DNA from: the human T2T-CHM13v2.0 reference genome, Homo sapiens
NCBI RefSeq assembly: GCF_009914755.1
Contig: NC_060947.1
Strand: one strand, 5' to 3'
Length of the DNA stretch: 64,000 bases
Below the pieces are notes generated by a model, which searched no databases, was not told where the DNA came from, and was given only the letters and a program-made list of their open reading frames with translations. Below are positions 43,787-55,990 of this stretch, piece after piece. Position numbers and translations under genes: made by a program. How positions within the stretch are numbered: position 1 is the stretch's first letter; each line of letters starts with the position of its first letter.

Positions 43787-45266
43787 TGAGGGATCTTCAA
43801 AAAGTTCTTGGAAAATGTGTATCATGAGAAAACTATGCAAGGAGTTCAAATTTTTTTTCCACTAAAATAAAGTCATACTAACTTGTTGTAACACATCTGA
43901 ACAGGATCTAGTTTGAGGCACTAAGAAGGATAAGGCATCATTTTGAAAAGAGTCCCTGTCAGAGCAACATGAATTTTGCTGAAATTGAAGCAAGAACAAA
44001 CATCAAATTTACGATGAAACTTGGGTGGAAGAATGATGACATCACTGATACTTTATGAAAAGTTAATGGGGACAATGCCCCAAAGAAATCAGCAGTTCAC
44101 AAATAGATAACTCATTATAAGAAGAGACAAGATGATGCTGAAGATGAAGCCTGCAGCAGCAGGTCATCCACATCAATTTGTGAGGAAAAATTAATCTTGT
44201 TTGTGCTCTAATTGAAGAGGATCGATGATGAACAGCAGTAGCAGTTCCGACACCACAGACATCTCAATTGGTTCAGCTTACACAATTCTGACTGAAAAAT
44301 TAAAGTCAAGCAAATTTTCCACTTGATGAGTACAAAACTGTTACTCCCAGATCAGCAGCAGACAAAAGCAGAGCTTTCAATGGAAATTTTAAATAAATGG
44401 GATGAAGATCCCGAAGCATTTTGTTGAAGAATTGTAATAGGAGATGAAATGTGGCTTTACCAGTATGACTCCGAAGACAAAATACAATCAAAACAATGGC
44501 TACAAAGAGGTGGACGAGGTCCAGTCAAAGCAAGAATGGACTGGTCAACAGCAGTGGTTATCCCAGCACTTTGGGAGGCTGAGGCAGGCAGATCACTTGA
44601 TGTCAGGAGTTCGAGATCAGCCTGTCCAACATGGTGAAAACCCATCTCTACTAAAAATACAAAAATTAGTCGGAGGGGCGGGGGTGGCATGCACCTATAG
44701 TTCCAGCTACTTGGGAGGCTCAGGCAGGAGAATAGCTTGAACCCAGGAGGCAACAGTTGTTTGGGGTCCTCAAGGCATTTTGTTTGTTGTCTTTTTGGAG
44801 GGCCAAAGAACGATAATATCTGCTTATTACGAGAGTGTTTTGAGAAAGTTAGCCAAGGGTTTAGCAGAAAAACACCCAGGAAAGCTTCACCAGAGAGTCC
44901 TAATCCACCATGACAATGCTCCTGCTCATTCCTCTCATTAAACAAGGGCAATTTGCAAGAGTTTCAATGGGAAATCATTACGCATTTACCTTACTTACAG
45001 TTCTGATTTGCCTCTTTCTAATTTTTTTTTGTTTCCTAATCTTAAAAAATCTTTAAAGGGTACCCATTTTTCTTCAGTTAACAATGTAAAGAAGACTGGT
45101 TAAGTTCCCAGGACCCTCAGTTATATCAGGATGGACTCATCCCTTACAAAATTGTCTTGAACTTGATGTAGAAGTAAAGTTTATATTTTTGTTGAGAAAT
45201 AAAGTTTATATTTTAAAATATTTATATTTCAAGTCTCCCTTTCCATGAGCTTTTTGAAGTCCCTCA
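43787..45266 (+). mobile_element. Near full-length HSMAR2 mariner with dead transposase, inserted in an L2 remnant (about 43490-45400)
   Basis: TIRs tgagggatcttcaaaaagttcttggaa / ttccatgagctttttgaagtccctca; TA TSD at 43785-43786 and 45267-45268; MNFAEIEARTNIKF at 43969, WLYQYD..KQWL and HDNAPAH motifs with stops. Confidence 0.93.
44560..44750 (+). mobile_element. Alu fragment truncated at both ends, no tail or TSD, inside HSMAR2
   Basis: atcccagcactttggg...cccaggagg; mariner sequence resumes directly on both sides. Confidence 0.93.
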
Positions 45267-45511
45267 TATTTGTGTGGATTATTTAATATCTACCTGCCTT
45301 GCTAGACCATAAGCTCCATGAAGGCAGAAACTTGTATTGTTTATCATTTTCTCTCCAGTGTCAAGCACAATAGTTAGCAAGAAGTAGTAATGAATTAATG
45401 GAAAACCAGGTACTTAATGTGAAATGTTTGGCCTAAAGGTAACATTTGAGTGAAACATTTGGATCATCACTATCCAATATAACTTCTCCTAAAGCTAGGA
45501 ATGTTCTAGTA

Positions 45512-45664
45512 CTGTGCTGTCTAGTACAGTAGCTACTAGTCTCATGTGGCTACTGAGCACTTGAGATGTGACTAGTGCAGTTGAGATCCTGAATTTTTTT
45601 ATGTTATTTAAGTTAAATTTAAATACTCACATGTGGCCAGTGGCTACCATACTAGACAGTGTAG
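45512..45664. mobile_element. MER3-like palindromic hAT element
   Basis: ctgtctagtacagtagctactagtctcatgtgg ... cacatgtggccagtggctaccatactagacag long TIRs. Confidence 0.78.
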
Positions 45665-45719
45665 ATTTTGATGTCTGCAAATATTTAGATATTGGATGGT
45701 CTACACATTTAGCTAAACA

Positions 45720-46190
45720 TTATAAAAAAGTTTTACATTTTTACTAAGTCAAATTTATTGTTTTTTTTTCCTATTATGGTTTCTTTTTATGTTTACAAAG
45801 TGCTTTCTCATTGTAAGATCTATCACCACTTTTTTTTTTGAATTGTTTGTTTTCTTTTACTTTTAACTCATTAATCCAGTTGAAGTGTTTTTATTTATCT
45901 TATTCTTTAGGTATATGGTATGAATTAAAAAATCTAAGGCATTTTTCTTAAGAGTTGTCACAGTTCCGTTTATTTAATAATGCTTATTTTACCCCATTGA
46001 TTTTTGATGCCAGTTTTATAATATACTAAATTTTGTACTTGGGTGTGTTCTAGAGCTTTTATTCAGTTGCATTAATCTGTCTATTCTCACATCAGTGCCA
46101 CTTTGCTTTAATTATCATAGCTTTCAAATATGCCTTAATGTCTGATAGTTCTATCTTTCACTATTGTTTGTTTTAGCTATTCTGACTCAG
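45720..46190 (-). mobile_element. Highly diverged L1M fragment
   Basis: T-rich, reverse-ORF2-like motifs (gtcaaatttat, taatccagttgaa, aatctgtctattc..cagtgccac). Confidence 0.5.
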
Positions 46191-47084
46191 TTAATATAAT
46201 GTCCAAACTTTTTTTCTGATGTTAATTCATATGTGCATGTAATGTATGGTGATCATATGTAACCAACTCCAAATTAGGACACATGATTAACAAATGAAAA
46301 TGTGGTCACCATAGTAAGTTTTTTCCTCCAAGTATAGGGTTGTGCATGTGGTAGGTGCTTCTTGATTAAAGAGATGAATGAGGTCAAGACATTTCATAGG
46401 TTTGTGACTTCTATAGTAATTAGTTCTTGTATATACAATACATAAGATAGCTTTCCTTTTTTGCACTTAAGAAAAAACATCCAAAGGTTATTTTTTCTCT
46501 GTTCTGTTTTTACTGTTCAAGGAGCTTTTAGGTAGTTTCTGGACCAGCGGTGTCACCCACATATTCAATGCAGCCCAATTAGTTACTGAGAATCACAATG
46601 CATTGAATCAGAGGGTAACTAAAGTCAAAGCTTCAGGAAGTAGCAGCAATACTAATGAGTATTCAAAGCTGATTAGAATGCAAAAAAATTCCACCATTCT
46701 TTAAGTATCAGTTATAATATGGAGTAATCAGGTAGCAGCTACTTGAAGCAAATGCTTGAAAGTGATTTTTTTTGATTGGGAAGATTTCTTAAGAATTACA
46801 TTTTTAAAATTAGAACTACTTTTTCCCAAAACGGTTCAATTGGTGCTTTCTAATGTAATTAAAACACACACATATACACACATGCACAAACAAGTAGACT
46901 AATATTAATATTAAGCAAATATTAATAATTAGTCATATTTAACTAAATGAAACCAGCCATTATGGATAGCTGGAAAGCTGAGACTACCAAATGAAGGGCA
47001 TTTAATATATTCTCAGGGGTAATATTTGAACAGTATAAAAATGAAATTATTGGTTTAAAATCTTAGTCATGGGGCTTTCAGAGT

Positions 47085-47175
47085 TTATTCAATCTATCTT
47101 TCCATCTCAAAGTAGAACTGAATCTATATTTATCATCAATATCATCTTAATCCTACTATAGGGAAAAATGGTAAT
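47085..47175 (+). repeat. 91-bp dispersed direct repeat, copy 1
   Basis: 86/91 identical to 48697-48787. Confidence 0.95.
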
Positions 47176-47756
47176 CGGAAATCTCAAGGAGCTTTCCCCC
47201 CGTTCCCTAAAGAGACGATCATAAAAATATACTGAGCTCATATTAAGGTCTTTGATTTTTAATTTGCATATAGATACATAGTTTTAAGGAATGTTCACAG
47301 GTCAATACACGTTCAGTGAAATCTTCTATGTCTTCTGAATCTACATAGACCACAGGCATTGAGAATTGATAATTCATTAATTCATTAATATTTAATTGAT
47401 CCATTCTTTAAACATTTTGGCTGCCTTGAGATGACCTTGAGGCCATAAAAAATGGTGATAATTAAATATTCAATTATTTTTATTACTTTACTAAGGCAGG
47501 AAACATTGGCTCAACCTTAACTGAGCCAGAAATTATAATTGCATAGGTTGTTAATGTGTTTTCTGAGCATAACATTTTAATCAATACATAACTGAGAAAT
47601 TCCTATTATTATACCAAATCCTTTTTAGAATGAAGCAGACTACCTAGGTTTATATCCAGGACCTATCATTTGCTTACTATGTGATTTTTAACAACTTACT
47701 TGACTTCTCTGTGTCTCAGTTTCCTAATTTGTAAAGTAGTGTTAATGGTAGTTCCT

Positions 47757-48053
47757 GGCCAGGTGCAGTGGCTCACACCTGAAATCCCAGCACTTTCAGA
47801 GGCTGAGGCAGACAGATTGCTTGAGCCCAGGAGTTTGAGACGGGCCTGGGCAACATGGTGAAATCCTGTTTCTATTAAAATTATAGAAATTAGCCAGGAG
47901 TGGTGGTGTGTGCCTGTAGTCCCAGCTACTCAGGAGGCTAAGGCAGAAGGATTACCTGAGCTCCAGAGGCAGAGGTTGCAGTGAGCTGAGATTGTGCCAC
48001 TACACTCCAGAATGGGAGACAGAACAAGACCCTGTCTCAAAAAGAAAAAAAAA
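47757..48053 (+). mobile_element. Alu (AluJ-like) inside a + strand MIR (about 47630-48155)
   Basis: Full dimer, gattgcttgagcccaggag, flanked by gttcct. Confidence 0.93.
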
Positions 48054-48560
48054 TGTTCCTACATAATGGGGATTAAATGAAATAATTCACATAAGGGGCT
48101 CAGCACAGTGCCTGGCACATAGTAAATCCTGAATACAAGTGAGATACTATTATTTTCAACATATTGGGAATATAACTATGGGCAATGGGTCATGCTTAAC
48201 ATGCAACAAGAAAACCATATACAGAATATAATTAGGTGTTTGATTGTATAGTGCATATTATCAACACCATGGGTAATTGAGGAGGTGGATGTCAGAAGTT
48301 TCATGGGAGATATGGTTTAAGTTGAGACTTAAATTATGGACAGAGAACAATGGGTGGAGAAGACATGAAGATGTGCCAGGTAAAAGGTATATAATGAAAA
48401 AGACAAGAAGGAAAGTGAAGATGAGTCTTAGAGGGCCATAAAAATAAACTAAATAGTTTATCAGTGGATCATTAGATTGAAAACTTCACTCCGGTTTCCA
48501 AAACAAGGTTTTCAAGTTATATGGGTAGTAAACAGTCTCTTCAGAAAATAGTCTCTTCTA

Positions 48561-48562
<2 letters not shown>

Positions 48563-48612
<50 letters not shown>
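48563..48612. repeat. (TG)n microsatellite
   Basis: About 21 uninterrupted TG units. Confidence 0.95.
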
Positions 48613-48639
48613 GTGTAGTTTACTATCTTTCAAGTGGCT

Positions 48640-48940
48640 CACTTGAACTATCTCATTTAATACTTATTACAACCCTATTAGACAGTGTGTGTCTAATTAT
48701 TCAACCTATCCTTCTGTCTCAAAGTAGAACTGAATCTATATTTATCATCAATATCATCTTAATTCTACTATAGGGAAAAATGGTAATATCATTTAATATC
48801 ATCAACCCCATTTTAGAAATAAGGAAATGGAAGCACAGAGATATCATAAAACTTGTCCCAAATCATGCAGCTAGTATAAGAGCCAGAGCTAGTATCTGAA
48901 TCCAGACAGTTTAACTTCAAATCTCTGTGTTCTTAATCAC
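48640..48940 (-). mobile_element. MIR interrupted by copy 2 of the 91-bp repeat (48697-48787)
   Basis: atctcatttaat..acaaccctat left; ccccatttt..aggaaatggaagcacagaga..gcagctagt right. Confidence 0.8.
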
Positions 48941-49617
48941 AAAGTTGCCTCCACTTAATTTTGATAAGGTCTTAAAACTTTTAAAGGTTAACTGTTAGCC
49001 AGAACAAGTAAAGGAAGAAACTCTTATAATGCAGTTTGGTGCTTAAGCCATGACTGCTACCTTATTAATATAATCCTGCCTCATGTCTGAATTCAAATGA
49101 CAAGGAATGCAATTGTCTAAGCAGATATAGAAATGTGAAGTGTCAAATTTAATAATATACTTCATTTTAAGCTAATATACAGAAATTCAAACAAAATTTT
49201 TTGTTAATTTTATGTTTCCTCGAGTAGAAGGTATGTGGAAAGTGAGGATTTGTTGTTTTAGGCTCACTCAGAGGTGGTTTGGGCAGTTTTGATGTCTGAT
49301 CATACAGTGTGTTAGATGTTTTGTTGGCTTTCCTAAGAGAAGTGGTAACTCTGAGGTCTTGGAGCCACAGTGGTTTTAAAAAATATCATGCGCAGCTCCT
49401 TGATTAAATATTTAAAATTCTACCATAAATTGTCTCGATGCTATGTCCTCTGAAAGGTATAAAGTGCTACTAAAAGGTAGACACACAAGAGGGAGTTCCA
49501 AATAACTAACAACAAAGAAAAATATTTTAGCATGTCTAGTGCAAACTATGCTAACATCAAACAACTTGAATAGTGGTATGTTAATTTAATTTGATATGAT
49601 AAATGCCATGGGTATGG

Positions 49618-49880
49618 GAGGTAGCATGGTGTAGTAGTTGAGAAAATATGCTCTGAAGTCACATAGCCCTAAATTGGAGACTTGGCTCTGCTACTCTCTA
49701 GCTATGTGATTCTGGATAAGTCACTTACTATCCCCACCCAGAGCATTAATTTTCCCATCTACAAGTGGGGAAAATAGTAATACCTATACCTCATAGGGTT
49801 ATTGTGAGAATTAAATGATACATAACACATGCAAAAAAAATTGGAGTACTGCCTGGTCATAGTAATATTCAATAAGTAAT
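49618..49880 (+). mobile_element. MIR
   Basis: gtagcatggtgtagt..ctagctatgtga..acctcatagggttattgtgagaattaaatga. Confidence 0.8.
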
Positions 49881-50041
49881 GTCTTCTTAATGTGATTGAG
49901 ACTAAAAGGTAGCATTACCCTATATAACTCAGTATCATTTATACTAGAGATTCCTAATTTTCACCCTTGGCCAGGTTGATTACCACTGTGCTAGAGGCTG
50001 GGCTATTCCTTTCTTACGTGAACATTTTATAAATGACTCAC

Positions 50042-50188
50042 CTCCATCATTGTCCAAGTTATCTCCACAAAGCATTTCCATGACAACATTGCAGCCTGTC
50101 CCACTCCAACCCACCTGACACACACAGTGCCAACCATTTTGATCCAGGGTACATCGTCCATTTCCAAAGCAGAGCCCTGGGCAGCCAT
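50042..50188 (-). CDS. TENM1: Teneurin-1 exon, last EGF repeat ([49 protein letters not shown]), 147 nt, phase 1-1
   Basis: Acceptor gtcttttcag|AT, donor GGAG|gtgagt; translated by hand, open frame; absent from ORF track. Confidence 0.96.
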
Positions 50189-51730
50189 CTGAAAAGACAT
50201 CAGAGAGTAACCATCACAGAGACATCAGAATGGGATTGGCCAACAATGATGTATTTGCCTATAGGGAAGCATCTAACCATCTGGGCCCCATTCAGATGAG
50301 GTGTTGAATAAATGGAAGAGGAGCTTGCTTGCCTGCAAAACCTTCCCAGGGAACTTGTTATCCCTTACTCTGCAGTGGTTTTCCTTAGAGAGCCAATTAA
50401 GCTTTATTAATGCTAACCCCAATTCCCAACCCCTGGTTCATATAGGAAGAAAACTATGGCAGGGGCAAGAATTCTTTTTTTCTTTTCACTAAACATATCT
50501 CCTCATCTCAATCAAAACTATACGGATGACACTGTATCTAGTTATGGCCAATATGTTGGGAAAAGATAGCAGTCCCTATGAAGAGAAACTTTCCCTACTA
50601 CTTCTAGTCTGTGCTGATTTTCCCTTATGATGTATTGCTTCAGGACTTAAGTATGTTGGTATACAGTTCAGACCACACCATTAAGTATTTGTTCATATGG
50701 TGCCTTAGAAATGTGCTGTAGTTGCTTTATATTTATTCAGCTTTTCTCTTCAAGATTATTATTCATCTGCGGGCTAACGATTGAAATCTTTACTTCCATG
50801 GTATCTCTCTCAAAAGCTTGCATGATATTATGCTTATAACAATAATATTAAATGTTAAATAAGTGTTTATGGAATTAATACATGCCAGATCTAGACTTTC
50901 TGAATTATAGAGAACTGGAAAATATCAAGTCAAGAGGAAAGTGTAGCATTTAAATAACTTTTATCCATTGATAAAGCATTAACACTGACAATGGTTCCTC
51001 TTTAGACTTTAAATTTCTCAGGGATGCCCTACTCTTTGTACCCGTAGTCTGGAGTTCAGCTCTAGCAAAGGGTAACTTCACATGCGCCACATGCGCAGTG
51101 GGCAGATGAATGGAGAAAGCAACTATAATGCTACTGGGTATTTTCCTAGTAGCAACACAGGACCAGACGTGAATTTTACTGGGAATAGCCCAGTCAATAT
51201 TCATTTCGGTTTCTTTCTTTGAAAGAAAATTCCAAAAGCATAAAGAGCAAAACAAAAAAAAGATTAAAAAATCTGTAGAAGTAACCCAGTGTTCCTTCTA
51301 AATAGTTTTCCAAGCAACTATCAACAGACAAGAGGAAGAAAAAATTTAAAAATAAAATGACAGATGGTTGTTAGAAAATATGAAAAGCTTGATGTACGTA
51401 ATATACTCATGACATGGCATATGATAAACATACATAGGTTTGAGAAGGGAATTTTTGTAGTTCTATTCTAATGGATAGGCAATAGATAATTAAGGTGAAA
51501 TAAAGAATAATTTGGGACATATTAAACTTCTGAAGCTGAGGTAATGAAAGGCACTAGGATATCTGGCAGAAAAACCCTTGCTGTCTCTGTTAAAGGAAGC
51601 TCCTTGGAGGGATGGATGATGGGATACTTCTAGGAGGATAATTCTCCTGCCCCTGTAAGGACTTAGGAGTCCTTGTATATGGACTTGGAGCCATATTGTT
51701 ATGTTAAAGAGAAAGTTCATCTTCTGAACC

Positions 51731-51805
51731 AAATTATTTAATAATTATTAAATTATTAAAAATTATTTAATAATTATTAAATTATTAAAAATTATTTAAT
51801 AATTA
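51731..51805. repeat. AT-only 29-bp minisatellite, about 2.6 perfect copies
   Basis: aaattatttaataattattaaattattaa repeated from 51731, 51760, 51789. Confidence 0.92.
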
Positions 51806-52119
51806 CCTGTGTAATACACACAGATCCAGACACACACACATACACAGAACTCAATATGAAGACAAGAAAAAGTAGTCCTTAAAACTGCTTATCAGTCCAT
51901 TCTATACTACGGGAAAAAGTGACTCTTTGATGTTGAAAAAACAAATTACCTTTTAGTGTGACTATTTTAGCATGAAACTGACAACATTATATTTAAATAA
52001 GATTGCCAAAAATAAAAACAAACAACACAAATGCCAAAAAACGCTACCCTTTCTTTCTTACATGCATATTTTCTTTTAAAAATATATTTCTGTTATAAAA
52101 TTAGTGAGAAAAATCTTAC

Positions 52120-52143
52120 CTCGGACAGCATCTAAGTAGTGAG
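52120..52143 (-). CDS. TENM1: Teneurin-1 24-nt microexon (AHYLDAVR) between EGF repeats, phase 1-1
   Basis: ttttcccctcccttttag|CTCACTACTTAGATGCTGTCCGAG|gtaaga; resembles the AHYLD.. EGF splice insert of TENM3/TENM4; absent from ORF track. Confidence 0.92.
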
Positions 52144-53745
52144 CTAAAAGGGAGGGGAAAAGAGTGATCAAATGAATTTCTGAGAGACTAAAGCTATACA
52201 ATATGTACTAATGGTTTACCATCTGTTGCCTGGGAGGAGAACAGCAAACTGCGCACTGCTGAAATGCCTGCAGCTCAAAAGTTGGGTACATGGGCCTGTG
52301 TAGTTTGTGAATAATATTTTCTGTGAGAACAATATTAATGGCATTTCTGCAAGAAACTCTATTAGGCTTCATAAAAAGTGTCATATTTCATTAGAAGTAT
52401 AAGAACTGCATTTTCACATTTCAGTAATAACTCCTGTGAAAGAGCACTGGCTTCAACTTCTTATTAGTAATATCTTTAGAAGAGAGTTCTGGAGTAACCA
52501 CCTATGGTAATCATCACAATATTTAAATCCTCTTATGTAAAGGCAATAAACTTACTGTAGTACAGGAATGTAATTACTTAAGCTACACATCTGAATCTCA
52601 CCCCTCTCCACCTTTTTAATGAATCTTAAATATTTCCCACAGTTGCAGAACAAGACTTACTGTACCTTTAGTAGAGAAGTAATGCAGTTTATGAAGATTA
52701 TATGTTATATGTATTATATATATTATACATTACTTTGGCAAGCTCCAACCATTATAACAAAATACTTTCACCTAAAAATGAAAGCTGTAGTATAGTCTAG
52801 TGAGGGAAAAGCCTACAAACAATAAATTGGGTATCCAGAGGCCCACATTTGCCTTTGCTCTGCATGAATTTTCTGTGTAGTCAAGGAATGCCACTGGAAC
52901 ACTCTGTGACCCCCTTTCTTTAGCTGAACAATGGGAATCATACTTGTTACTCTGTATTAATGACAACCTTTCTATGCAAAGATTTCTTGCATAGAAACCT
53001 TAGCGGTGGATAGAAATATATGTTAAGGGCTTTGCTTTTTTTCAGAAAAAGAAAGTGTTTTATAACTGAAATATTTATTTTTAATATCTTTTATAGTGTG
53101 AAGATCACATGATAAATTAATTATTACATAGGCTTTTCCATATTCACAGATCATTTTCCCTTTGTGAAATTAGCAATAAGGGGTGAAGGGAGAGTGGTGG
53201 CTTCAGGACCAACTCTCTACACTACCGGATAAACAATTCAACACACATGTTCTATTGATGATAGGTCAGAAGTGCCTTCCTCATATACATTAAAGACAGC
53301 CTCTAATGATATCGAATGGCCCCTGTTAAAGTAGTCCCATTTAATGAAATTGCCTCTAAGTGCTTTCAACTGAAACAACCTATACTTTTCAAAAGGAAAA
53401 ATGGGCAGAGAATGTTACCTTCACTACAAAAGCACTTTTCTTATTAACTAATGACACCTTATTCCAATGTAACATCTTTCACTTGAGTAACTCAAAGCAC
53501 TTGAAAGCAGAAAACATAAGGAATACTGAAGTAATAAGAAAGGAAATAACACAAGAAATACGTAGAATGTCATCGACAAAAGAAGAAACCTACCAGTTCA
53601 CAAAACTTTAAAACTTGTAACCAACCCTCCTTCTCCTCCCCTACTCCAACCTCAAATTCTACTAAATGCCTTGTGATTGACTCACTAGACTGCTCTTAAC
53701 TTCAACTAATCCAACTTACTTTGGTTAAAGTATGGTGGTACTTAC

Positions 53746-54187
<442 letters not shown>

Positions 54188-55329
54188 TAAACAAAATGTT
54201 AATAAACAATTTATATAAACAAGATGTCACAAAGATCTCTAGCATCTGAATGAATGTGCAAGAAACTCTAAAAAGAGGTAGTTAAGTCTCTAAGAATAAT
54301 ATAAAACTCTAAGCCAAACTGATTCTGAGAAGTCTATAAAATGATAATGGCATTCAAGGCTTAGAAATGAGATTAATGACAAACAAATGCCAAGTGGGTT
54401 TCACTAAAAATTCATTAAGATCACAGATAATGTTGCAGGAATTTTATGATAGTATAAGGTATCACTGGGGGAAAAATCCCAATAAAACAGTGCCCTAACT
54501 TCATTCAGAAAGACAAGTTCATTAATTGGAAAGATAATAACTTTCTAATAAAATTCATAATATACAAAAGGTAAAGATGCCAATGATGACAACCAGCTGG
54601 TTTCCCTGATCATACTAACAATATTTGCATTTATTTTAAGCATATAAAATTAACCCTGGTTGATTAAAGTACACATCCTTCTTATCTTCAAATGCTACTA
54701 AGTATTTAGACAGTATAATAATGATGATGTGTACTGGCTCTGCTGAGTTTCTTTCCTTTGTCCCTTTGACTTTTTGTTGAGAAATGCTGAATATTAATAA
54801 AGTCATGACAGTAGATAAACCAACATAAAAGCATGGCAAGCCTCTTTCGTGATCTAATTCCCTTGCTGGAGGAAGAGAAGTAGGATAAAAACCTACGGAA
54901 AGAATGAAATATGTTTTGGGAACAATAGGCCACATATTCCTGAAAGGAAAAGAGGGTGTTCTGGAAGCCAGGTTGTCTCTTTCACAGTCTCAAATTCTGA
55001 AACTAGTTTAATATATTTAGAGGCATTGATATTAATATTCTCCACAGATAGCAGAGTTATTTTTCAGTAGATGACAATATTCTTCTGATAAAGCCATGAT
55101 TATGAGTTTTATTATAATCTGGATCAATTTGTTCATGGGTTTACTCACAAGTATTCTTTGAAGGTCAGGGTATGATGGGAAGAGTAGTAAATTTGAAATA
55201 AAGATAACTGCATCCTTGATTCCTCTGCTTAGTACCTATGGACCCTTAGGCAACTTACTAACATATTGTCTTAATCTCTGTTTGCGTAAGAATGCAATAG
55301 AAGTAATAATACTTATACATCACAAAGCT

Positions 55330-55990
55330 GTTGGACAGATTTGAAATATAGTTTAGAGATGTAACCAACAGGACTTGCTCAAAATTGGATATAAGGGATG
55401 AAGGAAAGGGAAAAATAAAAGTTTGGCTTAAACAAGTGGATAGATAAAGCTGTCATTAATGAAATGGGAAAGGCTAAGGGAAAAATAAGGGTGGAAGATC
55501 AAAAAGATTAACCCTAAGATATATGTAAAAAGCCAAGTGAAAATGTCAGTGCAACCAGCAGAATATATGATTCTGACAGGCCAGGACTGGAGATATAAAA
55601 TTGGCCATCATTAGCATATAGGTGGTATTTAAAGGCATGGAAATAACTGGTTGATACCTCTAAACAGGGAATAGAAGAGCCCTGAAGAAAGATCAGGTAG
55701 AAAAAAAGAGGAACCATCAAAGGAAACTGGGATGGAGATGGCAGTGAGTGATAGGAAGAAATCCAGGAGATTGTGGTGTAACTAAAGCACAAGAGGACAC
55801 TTTTCAATAAAGGAGTGTTTAACTACATCTAATATTGCTGAGAGGTCAAGTAAGGCACGGGCAGAGAAGTGCCCATTGGATTTATCAACATGGAATTCGT
55901 TGATGACTTTAGGAAGAGCTGTACTGATAAAGGTGTAGTTGAAAAGCCAAATTGGAATGGGTGGAAAAGTGAATGGAAAGCTGTGCAGGG
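55330..55990 (-). mobile_element. L2 fragment
   Basis: ggactggagatataaaattgg..ggtggtatttaaaggcatgg..gctgagaggtcaagtaagg..gcccattggatttatcaaca. Confidence 0.75.

Noticed and set aside
44457-44951. 164-aa minus-strand ORF, the longest in the window
   Set aside because: Antisense read-through of HSMAR2 and Alu sequence
43969-45130. Mariner transposase as a possible domesticated gene
   Set aside because: Early in-frame stop, further disruptions and an Alu-derived insertion
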